Of a DNA stretch of 64,000 nt, positions 30,709-38,281 are shown piece after piece (positions within the stretch are counted from its first letter, which is position 1; every line of letters starts with the position of its first letter). This DNA comes from Minisyncoccia bacterium (GTDB taxonomy: Bacteria > Patescibacteriota > Minisyncoccia > Phycocordibacterales > CSBR16-119), in the NCBI GenBank assembly GCA_047619465.1, contig JBLHJW010000001.1, positions 8,911-72,910 on the forward strand, written 5' to 3'. The notes beneath the pieces were generated by a model. The model ran no database searches, had not been told where the DNA came from, and saw only the letters and a program-made list of their open reading frames with translations. The translations under genes and the position numbers were made by a program.

Positions 30709-32166
30709 TTATTCATTTGGCTTCAATCTTGGATAGCAGCAACGATGCCGATAACCAGTCTCATTTTGACCATTATGGGTAACGCTTTGACAATCACCAT
30801 TACCCCAAAGAACAAAATCGTTATTAATATCACTAGTTGCATCATCAACCCATTCCCAATTATTTTTCATATTAACTAAATTTAACTGGCTTTCAAGTTC
30901 GCATGCAGCTCTCCATTGACCAGAAGAACAAAGGTTTCCATCTTTCTCAACACATTTTTTTGATGATTGCCACCAGCTAAGTCCACCAGAGTCGTCTATA
31001 TCAATACAGTAGTTTGCGTTAACGGCAACAGAACCTGTTGGACAACCAATAGAAATAGGGTGAGTTATAACAACACTATCCCCTCCCGAAATAAAAATTG
31101 TATCACCTGAGATACTAAGATATTGAGCTATCCCTAGACCAGGATCGCCCTGCAATCCTTGTAGGCCTGTTGGACCAATGGGTCCAGTTGACCCCTGCAA
31201 ACCAATGATTCCTTGTAATCCCTGAAGTCCTTGTTGTCCTTCAGAGCCTGTGGGACCTGTGGGGCCTGTACTTCCAATCAATCCTTGAGGTCCAGTAGAG
31301 CCAGTAGGTCCTTCTTGGCCATTTAACCCTGTATTACCAACTAAGCCTTGAACCCCTTGCGGTCCGGTAGATCCTGATATCCCTTGCTGACCTTGAATCC
31401 CATTGGGACCCATGACACCTGTTGACCCAGTGGGACCAGATAAACCAATCAAACCTTGTGGACCTTGGATTCCATCTACACCAGTAATACCTTGGGGGCC
31501 AGTGGGTCCAATAGACCCTTGTACACCGATAGAACCATCTTGACCTGGAAACCCTTGAGGGCCTTCTGGACCTGTTGTTCCCTGGATTCCTACAACACCT
31601 TGTGGACCGGTTGCACCTATACTTCCTTGCAGGCCTGTGGAACCTGTCAAACCCTGAGGTCCAGTAGGACCAATTGATCCAGTCAGACCTTGCGGCCCTG
31701 ATAAGCCAATAGGTCCTGTCGGTCCAGCGGGACCTGCAGGGCCAGGATCTTCTGAGCTACCTGATGTTTCAGCATACAGCGCATACGGAACAGATAAGAG
31801 CTGAGAAGCGCCTAGGAATTCATACTCCAAAGAAGATCCATTCCAGAGTTCAATCTTCAGGAAATAATTTCCTGAAGACCAATCTATAGAAGAAAATACA
31901 CCAGAAACAACTTGACCACCTCCAACATGAAGAGTGAATAATCCAAACTGATTTGTTGTAGGACTGTGAACCTCCTGATAGGATGGCTGGTTCTGAGGGT
32001 CAGTAGGTACGATAGAGATTCTAATCTCAATTGATTGATTTACCATAATTATACCTCCAGCGTCACGAGCTACAGCTTGATAGCTAAACCTCTGTGGTGG
32101 AGAAGTCTGCTGAGCAAAAAGAGGGTAAGAAAAAAGCATAGTCACGGCAAGCATTAGATTTTTCAT
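30709..32166 (-). CDS. secreted collagen-like (Gly-X-Y triple-helix repeat) protein with a Cys-rich C-terminal domain
   Basis: 485 aa. Signal peptide [20 protein letters not shown], an N-terminal ~120-aa globular domain, ~200 aa of uninterrupted GPxGxxG repeats (…[22 protein letters not shown]…), and a C-terminal domain with 8 Cys (…[13 protein letters not shown]…CVEKDGNLC…CCYPR). Confidence 0.8.
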   Translation of the reverse strand: MKNLMLAVTMLFSYPLFAQQTSPPQRFSYQAVARDAGGIIMVNQSIEIRISIVPTDPQNQPSYQEVHSPTTNQFGLFTLHVGGGQVVSGVFSSIDWSSGNYFLKIELWNGSSLEYEFLGASQLLSVPYALYAETSGSSEDPGPAGPAGPTGPIGLSGPQGLTGSIGPTGPQGLTGSTGLQGSIGATGPQGVVGIQGTTGPEGPQGFPGQDGSIGVQGSIGPTGPQGITGVDGIQGPQGLIGLSGPTGSTGVMGPNGIQGQQGISGSTGPQGVQGLVGNTGLNGQEGPTGSTGPQGLIGSTGPTGPTGSEGQQGLQGLQGIIGLQGSTGPIGPTGLQGLQGDPGLGIAQYLSISGDTIFISGGDSVVITHPISIGCPTGSVAVNANYCIDIDDSGGLSWWQSSKKCVEKDGNLCSSGQWRAACELESQLNLVNMKNNWEWVDDATSDINNDFVLWGNGDCQSVTHNGQNETGYRHRCCYPRLKPNE

Positions 32167-32214
32167 TATATTTGGTTTTGAATTTTACGATTTTCCAAAG
32201 TATATCAGAGTCTG

Positions 32215-32355
32215 TGATTCGTTGCGAGGAAAGTTAGTCTTTGCGAATGAAATGAAGCAATCCATTATTTCTGATGGTTTACTTCTAGATTGCCACGTCG
32301 GAATTCCTCGCAATGACGGGTTTTTGTTTTTGCGAGCTTGTCGAAGCAATCCAGG
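32215..32355. repeat. left cluster of the dispersed hairpin repeat family flanking the GIY-YIG gene
   Basis: Contains ATTGCCACGTCG (rc of CGACGTGGCAAT), CCTCGCAATGACGG and CGAAGCAATCCAGG (rc of the CCTGGATTGCTTCG core). Orientation is mixed. Confidence 0.6.
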
Positions 32356-32373
32356 ACCATGTATAATAAATTC

Positions 32374-32664
32374 ATGTCACGAAAACTTCCATGTATATAT
32401 ATACTTACAAACAAAAGAAACGGAACCCTTTACACCGGAGTAACTTCGAACCTGAAGCAACGAATTTATCAGCATAAAAATAATGAAACAGAGGGCTTTA
32501 CCAAAAAATATAAAGTTCACATACTTGTATTTTATGAATTTGGCGATTCTATGGAAGGAGCAATTATGAGAGAAAAACAGATAAAGGCTGGATCAAGAAA
32601 GAGAAAAATTGATTTAATAGAAAGAATGAACCCTCTCTGGGAGGATTTATTTGATACTCTGTAA
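32374..32664 (+). CDS. stand-alone GIY-YIG nuclease-domain protein (YhbQ/UPF0213-like, ~97 aa)
   Basis: MSRKLPCIYILTNKRNGTLYTGVTSNLKQRIYQHKNN…: the GIY…YIG spacing, conserved Arg and Glu downstream. The track ORF starts earlier at a TTG inside the repeat; ATG 32374 (or 32359) is more plausible. Confidence 0.7.
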   Translation: MSRKLPCIYILTNKRNGTLYTGVTSNLKQRIYQHKNNETEGFTKKYKVHILVFYEFGDSMEGAIMREKQIKAGSRKRKIDLIERMNPLWEDLFDTL

Positions 32665-32905
32665 GCTAATTCTGGATTGCTTCGTTCCTCGCAATGACGG
32701 GTTTTTTAAGAGGAATGGAACGTTGTGAAATGACATTGCAATCTATTTTGTCTTTGCGAGGAGTTTTGACGACGCGGCAATCTAGTTTATTTTATGGTTA
32801 TCTCTGGATTGCTTCGTTCCTCGCAATGACGAAGCTACTGGGTTGCCGAGTCTTGCATCCTCGCAAAGACAGGAATAACAAAAAACACCCTTGCGGGTGT
32901 TTTTT
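32665..32905. repeat. right cluster of the dispersed hairpin repeat family (two direct core copies plus the associated TGTCTTTGCGAGGAG…CGACGCGGCAATCTA module)
   Basis: CTGGATTGCTTCGTTCCTCGCAATGACG at 32672-32699 and 32804-32831. 32748-32790 is TGTCTTTGCGAGGAGTTTTGACGACGCGGCAATCTAGTTTATTTT, which recurs at 37243-37285. The region ends in a terminator hairpin. Confidence 0.65.
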
Positions 32906-32907
32906 GT
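32878..32907. terminator. bidirectional intrinsic terminator between the GIY-YIG region (+) and the giant surface-protein gene (-)
   Basis: ACACCC-TTGC-GGGTGT flanked by an A-run and a T-run. Confidence 0.5.
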
Positions 32908-32950
32908 ATTAGAGTTTTAAGGCTCTAATTTACTCACTACTTAATCTACC

Positions 32951-35900
32951 TTATGAAGGGTTGATGTGTAGTTGTGAGTACTCGGTAGACATCATATCTC
33001 CACGCCATAGCACATCTGCTACTGCGTTTGCGAAGTTGGCTCCGTCAATTCCGAAGTCTAGATCTGCCCCTGTTGAGCTATCTAGTTGAAGTTGGATAGA
33101 GTCATTGTTTGCTGTCAAAGCTGAAGTATTGTATGTAACATACACTATTTCGCTTGATCCAGCTGAAACTACAAGCTCATTTGTAACGAAGTCCAAAGTG
33201 ATTTCGTTTGTAGCTGTTCCTGTAGCAACTGATGTTGATGAAAGAATAACACCAAGCTCATCTTTGAATGTCATCAAAAGATTTGCGGCTCCAGATGCTT
33301 GTACAACAATAGATTGCAATACAATCTTGTTACCGTTTGCGTTCTGGAATGTAACATCCTCATCTCCATTAGCTGTGATCTTTAGCTTTCCAACCTGATG
33401 GTTGGCGTTGTTTGCCAAAGTTGTGTTTCCAATTGTCATCCACTCAAATGTTGGGTATGACTGGAATAGGTTAGCTGAAGTAGATGTACCAACTCCTGCT
33501 GAGCCAATAGCTGAACCGGAAGCAAGTCCTGTTCCATCTATATCTCCTGCTGTGGAAATTGCAATATTAACTGCATTACCATTTGCTGCTGATGAGAAGT
33601 CTACATCTCGTGTTGAAGCTTTAACTGCAACCTTGATGTAGTCATTTCGTGGAATTTCCACTGCTCCTTCAGCCCACTCAGCTGTAGCTGTAGTACCTGT
33701 GTTAGCAACTGCAACTGCAGATCCTAAGTTGGCACCATTCTTATCCATAGCTTGGAAGTAGTATGTATCTACTACTGATGAAGCTCCGGTTCCTCCAGCT
33801 GTCATAATAAGTGAGTCAAGCTCGATATCTTCAACGCTGCTAGCAGCAAGTCGGAAGATAGCAAGTGTTTCCATACCTCCTTGATTATCATCAAGAACTA
33901 CTCCTTCGTTTGGTGATGAAGAATCAACTGTGACTGTAAGTACTCCTGTAGACTCTGAAGTCATAGCTTGTCCTGCACCTGAAGGTGTAACTACAATTGC
34001 ATCTCCTGTATCAGCTCCTGTAGCTGTTAAAGCAGAAAGGTCAACTGTGTAAGTATCGTTTGATCCTGCAGCTGTTGATCCTGATGAAAGATCAGCAACA
34101 AATGCAACTCGTACAGATGTATCTTTTGCAACTGTGAACACCTCTGAAAGGTTGTACGCTTGTGTTGCAGCTGAAATCTGTTCTAGATCAGAAATCTCAG
34201 TTTCGAATCGGTCTCCTCTTTCTGAGTCATTTCCTGTTCCGGCAAGGTCAGCCCATAGAGATGCATTGTCAAGGTCAGCATATGCTGCAGTACCTGCAAT
34301 AGCAAATCCAGCAGTAATATCTGAAATCTCTACATCCTCTCCTGATCCTACAGCAGAGAAGTCAAGGTGTGCCCATACGAAGTCTTGTGCTCCAACGGCC
34401 ACATCTTGTGCTCCTGGTGTTGTAAGAGTTGTAGCAGTAAGTGAACCAGCTTCAATTGTAAGCGTGTTACCTGCTACTGCTGATGCTGGTGCTGCTGTAA
34501 GAGTATCATTTGATGATATTCCCTTTACAGTAATTGTTGTTGCTGAGTTATCAACTCCAGCTTTAATTGTATCTGCTGAACCAAAAGCTGTTCCAAGATC
34601 AGCGTATACACCAACCTTTGTAGTTCCTACAAGGAATTCCATTGTGTCAGTAAATACGATCTTGTCTCCTGATACAGCGTCATTTGGACCTGAAAGCGTT
34701 TCTCCAGATTCGAAGTTCTTAAGAACAACGTTTGTAACATCTCCAAAAGCAGGACCTCCTGCTAGATCGATGTCAACTTGGAAGCTTGTTACTTGAACCT
34801 CTTCTCCTGTAACGATAACGTCCAGAACTGCAAGAAGCCTGTCATCTCCTTCTGTAACATTTCCTGTTGCTGGTGTCTCTGAAGACTTAGCTACAGTAAA
34901 CGCTCCTGCTGCGATAGTTTGGTTTGATGTACCTTGTCCATCAAAGCCAGATGCCCATGATCCGTTTGTAGGTGTAATGTAGTAACCATAATCGTTACCC
35001 ATTGCCATTACTCGAACGTCTGAACCATCTGTTAGGTCAGCGTTAATTGTAAGTCCTGTTCCATCTGTAAGATCAAGTCGGATTTGGAATCGGTGATTAT
35101 CACCTTCTTCCAATACCATTCCTAGACCGTTGAATGTAGCAAGTCCTTGTGCATCCCACCCTGATACTGTAGCGATTGTTGCTCCATCTGTAACAGAGTA
35201 AAGCTCAATGTTTGCAGCGTCATCTGAAGATGCTGATCCTCGCTTTTCAACTTGGATCTGCTCGATTGTTACAGCTTCTGTAGAACCTGCAGTAATCTTG
35301 AACTTGTTAACGATAACGTCAGTGTCTCCAACATCTGGTGTTGAGTCTGAAGTTGTTCCGTCCTTAGCAACAGTAAGAGAACCAATTGATAGGCTCAATA
35401 TTTCGAACTCATCTCCTGTAACAGGGAATGATCCGTCTACGTCAGGTGAACCAGAGAAATCGATATCATCCATAGAATCAATACCGAAGTATGCTGATTG
35501 CCCCTGTGTAGCTACTGAGTCAACTCCTGCTCGCAAGTAGAACATTGTAGTTTCACCAGACATAACCTCTAGGTTAGGTGAGAATGAAAGTTTTACTTGG
35601 TTTGAAGAGTTAAGTGTTCCAGCTGATGTAAGTGCTACACCATCTGCATCAAGAACCTTTAGGTTCTCCCAGTTAGAGTTAACTGACTGACCGTATCGAG
35701 TGAACGTAATGTCATCGATAGATAGGTCGTCTTCTCCAGCAGAGATTTCAAATGCAAACACGTTAGCGTTTCCACCTGTTGCGATCATTCCTCCATCAAG
35801 AGAAACTCCGTCAACCTCTCCTGCTCCAACTCCTTCTGGTGTTGATGATTCTCCTTCTGATTCTCCTTCTGATTCACAGTTGTCAGAAACATAAGCTAGG

Positions 35901-36358
35901 TATGAAGCCTGTGTGTTTGGTCCCCATACACCATCTGGTGTTGTTCCAATAATTTCTTGGAAGTACTGTACAACACCTGTTGTAAGTGGTCCAAAGGCTG
36001 AGTCCTCAACTAGAGGTGCCATAGATCCGTTTGAAAGATCTAGAATTTGGTTCATAGCTTTTTGAATTGCTAGAACGTTTGCTCCTGACATACCACTTCG
36101 AACAATTGATGATGTTCCGTAAGTATCACATGAAGTCATTGATGATGAACCGCTTCCCATTGTTGGCTCACCGTTAAGTGCTGATTCCACATCGGCTAGT
36201 GTTGATGCTGGTGCATCAAAAGATGATAGCAATCCTAGGATCGCATCGATCTGAGTTTGTGTTAGAGCTTGGGCTGTTGGAAGTGCAACGAATCCGAAGA
36301 TTGTTGTAGCAACCAAAAGCGCAGTCAAAGCTCCTGAAAGTTTTTTAGTAATTTCCAT
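32951..36358 (-). CDS. giant secreted surface protein (1135 aa) with an N-terminal peptidoglycan-binding-like domain and a long S/T/G/A/D-rich beta-repeat region
   Basis: Signal peptide MEITKKLSGALTALLVATTIFGFVALPTAQA. The segment …GMSGANVLAIQKAMNQILDLSNGSMAPLVEDSAFGPLTTGVVQYFQEIIGTTPDGVWGPNT… matches the PG_binding_1 pattern (G..V..LQ..L… DG.FG..T..AV..FQ). An acidic SEGESEGES linker follows, then ~900 aa of repetitive beta-strand-like sequence. Confidence 0.6.
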   Translation of the reverse strand: MEITKKLSGALTALLVATTIFGFVALPTAQALTQTQIDAILGLLSSFDAPASTLADVESALNGEPTMGSGSSSMTSCDTYGTSSIVRSGMSGANVLAIQKAMNQILDLSNGSMAPLVEDSAFGPLTTGVVQYFQEIIGTTPDGVWGPNTQASYLAYVSDNCESEGESEGESSTPEGVGAGEVDGVSLDGGMIATGGNANVFAFEISAGEDDLSIDDITFTRYGQSVNSNWENLKVLDADGVALTSAGTLNSSNQVKLSFSPNLEVMSGETTMFYLRAGVDSVATQGQSAYFGIDSMDDIDFSGSPDVDGSFPVTGDEFEILSLSIGSLTVAKDGTTSDSTPDVGDTDVIVNKFKITAGSTEAVTIEQIQVEKRGSASSDDAANIELYSVTDGATIATVSGWDAQGLATFNGLGMVLEEGDNHRFQIRLDLTDGTGLTINADLTDGSDVRVMAMGNDYGYYITPTNGSWASGFDGQGTSNQTIAAGAFTVAKSSETPATGNVTEGDDRLLAVLDVIVTGEEVQVTSFQVDIDLAGGPAFGDVTNVVLKNFESGETLSGPNDAVSGDKIVFTDTMEFLVGTTKVGVYADLGTAFGSADTIKAGVDNSATTITVKGISSNDTLTAAPASAVAGNTLTIEAGSLTATTLTTPGAQDVAVGAQDFVWAHLDFSAVGSGEDVEISDITAGFAIAGTAAYADLDNASLWADLAGTGNDSERGDRFETEISDLEQISAATQAYNLSEVFTVAKDTSVRVAFVADLSSGSTAAGSNDTYTVDLSALTATGADTGDAIVVTPSGAGQAMTSESTGVLTVTVDSSSPNEGVVLDDNQGGMETLAIFRLAASSVEDIELDSLIMTAGGTGASSVVDTYYFQAMDKNGANLGSAVAVANTGTTATAEWAEGAVEIPRNDYIKVAVKASTRDVDFSSAANGNAVNIAISTAGDIDGTGLASGSAIGSAGVGTSTSANLFQSYPTFEWMTIGNTTLANNANHQVGKLKITANGDEDVTFQNANGNKIVLQSIVVQASGAANLLMTFKDELGVILSSTSVATGTATNEITLDFVTNELVVSAGSSEIVYVTYNTSALTANNDSIQLQLDSSTGADLDFGIDGANFANAVADVLWRGDMMSTEYSQLHINPS

Positions 36359-36654
36359 AATTAAATTATCTTTAATAATTAGTAGTTCATCTATACGTTT
36401 AATTAATACATATAAATGCTACTAGACGCTTTATGTTTAGTTCGACTAAAACTAATAGCGCTTGTGTTCTACGACAGAACTTTTATTGAACTGTATGTAA
36501 AACCGTAATCATATGATTGGGTTTAACAAACTTACAATTACGACCCTCTCTATAAGTTTCTTTGCAGAAAATAAGTTAAGGATTTTTGCAGTAACTACAC
36601 TGCATGCATCTGCCTTGTCGACACGACGGATACATGTGGCAACATGTATCGTCC

Positions 36655-36720
36655 TTTTTTTATTAAGACAAGCGAGGAGCATAGTTAAAATTAATTATGT
36701 CCGAGCGAATTCTTAATATA
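36655..36720. repeat. copy 2 of the rplJ-leader hairpin element, preceded by an orphan hairpin+T-run
   Basis: TTTTTTATTAAGACAAGCGAGGAGCATAGTTAAAATTAATTATGTCCGAGCGAATTCTTAATATA; compare 20018-20088. Immediately upstream (36621-36654) is GACGGATACATGT-GGCA-ACATGTATCGTCC followed by TTTTTT. Confidence 0.6.
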
Positions 36721-37164
36721 AGGTTTTAACACCTCTTACCTTTTATTTACTGATTGCTCAGCAAACAAAGAACTTTGAGAAGGTCTAGGAATCCACCTTT
36801 GAAAGTCTTGTATTTCAAAAATAAATTCCACTTAAAAATATCGAAATATTTTTAAGAAAAACAGGATCGTAAACACACTTTTCAGTAAACTGAAAAGTTG
36901 TCTGTATTCTGTTTTCAAGGACCTTCTAAACCCTTTGCTGAGCACTGTAATATAACCAAAAAGTCACATACAGCCGCCTGACAAAGAGTCACAATACTTT
37001 AGCACATACTAGTTAATATTTCTAGTACCTACTGCGTATAATTATATCTTGTATTCACTGATAAAAACAAGCTATAAGTGTGGAAAAGAGGTAGTAAATA
37101 AAGTGCTTATACTCCCTTGACTTCCCTAAGTCAAAGACGATTCAACCGTGCAAATCTTACACTT

Positions 37165-37295
37165 TAAATTTCTGGATTTCTTCGTTCCTCGCAATGACGA
37201 AGTGGTAGTTCTGAGTTGCTTCGTTCCTCGCAATGACGAGTATTTGTCTTTGCGAGGAGTATTTACGACGTGGCAATCTATTTTATTTACCTTTA
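37165..37295. repeat. cluster of the dispersed hairpin repeat family
   Basis: TCTGGATTTCTTCGTTCCTCGCAATGACGAAG (37171-37202), GAGTTGCTTCGTTCCTCGCAATGACGAG (37213-37240), then TGTCTTTGCGAGGAGTATTTACGACGTGGCAATCTATTTTATTT (37243-37285). Confidence 0.65.
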
Positions 37296-37299
37296 TTTA

Positions 37300-38067
37300 T
37301 TATCTCAAATAGACATATCTTGCCCATCTCTTCTCCCCTGTCTTTTTTATCTGTCCCCTATCAATTAAATACTGGAGGTCTCTTTGGATTGTTTTTGACG
37401 CAACCCCCTCTACAATGGACATAATGTCTTTTACACTTATATCTCCTTTGTCTTTTATAAACTCAATTATTTTATCAATTCTGGTAGACTTTTCCTCTGA
37501 AACATGTCTCTTATCTAATTTTTCTATCGTTTTAGGTGGGGCATTTTCTGTAAATAAAACATCAATGTCTTTTTGAATTGCTGAAGGTTTTTTCAGTTTC
37601 TGATTATTTAAAGAAGATCCATTAATCCAATCTTCGTCTATAGAAACTCTGGACACTGGACCTCCACTTGAAAGGTCTAACATCTCATCTCCAAAAGACT
37701 GCTTATTATTCTTTAGATCGCTCAAGACAGAATTAATTGCCTCCTTAAGCAGGCTATAGTTATGTTCTGAAACATCCCCAGAAGACCAGAGAGTAAATAT
37801 TTGTTTCTCGATAAGAAGAAGAACTTCTTCGATATGACCGAAAATAATCTCTTTATCAAGGGGGCCTTTTTTGTGAAAGCTAGCCGTATAAGAAAGTAGT
37901 AGGTTTGAGTTTTTACGAAGAGAAATTCTGAAGGGGTCAGACTCTAAAAGACACTTAGATAAGACAGCTGTCGCCACACTTATCTTGTGTGTTTTTTTTA
38001 TTATAAAAGACATGTCTTTTATAAGACCCTTTATCTCAGTCATTATTTTATGTTTATCATTTAACAT
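37300..38067 (-). CDS. hypothetical protein with a C-terminal winged-helix (DeoR-type HTH-like) DNA-binding domain
   Basis: 255 aa. C-terminus …KGDISVKDIMSIVEGVASKTIQRDLQYLIDRGQIKKTGEKRWARYVYLR (HTH pattern); the N-terminal ~180 aa are unassigned. Confidence 0.4.
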   Translation of the reverse strand: MLNDKHKIMTEIKGLIKDMSFIIKKTHKISVATAVLSKCLLESDPFRISLRKNSNLLLSYTASFHKKGPLDKEIIFGHIEEVLLLIEKQIFTLWSSGDVSEHNYSLLKEAINSVLSDLKNNKQSFGDEMLDLSSGGPVSRVSIDEDWINGSSLNNQKLKKPSAIQKDIDVLFTENAPPKTIEKLDKRHVSEEKSTRIDKIIEFIKDKGDISVKDIMSIVEGVASKTIQRDLQYLIDRGQIKKTGEKRWARYVYLR

Positions 38068-38281
38068 GAGGTATTTCTGTCGTTTATAATGTCTTTTATA
38101 AAAATCGTTTATACTCTAATAGACATGTCCATTATAGCCAAAGCTGTTTAAATATCAAGCTATGTGGCTTCTACGCAGAACCATAATGAATAAATATAGG
38201 ACATGAGAAAAGTGCAATGTTTTCAACGTTTTTTAAAGAAACTCTTTTAATCTTTTCTTGCTATAATATTAGGATAACAAC

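Noticed and set aside
24466-37295. CRISPR array, considered because of the recurring 28-nt CTGGATTGCTTCGTTCCTCGCAATGACG units.
   Set aside because: Copies are few, irregularly spaced (tens to thousands of nt), in both orientations and partly degenerate. They are interleaved with a second repeat module and lie in several separate intergenic regions. No cas genes are present.
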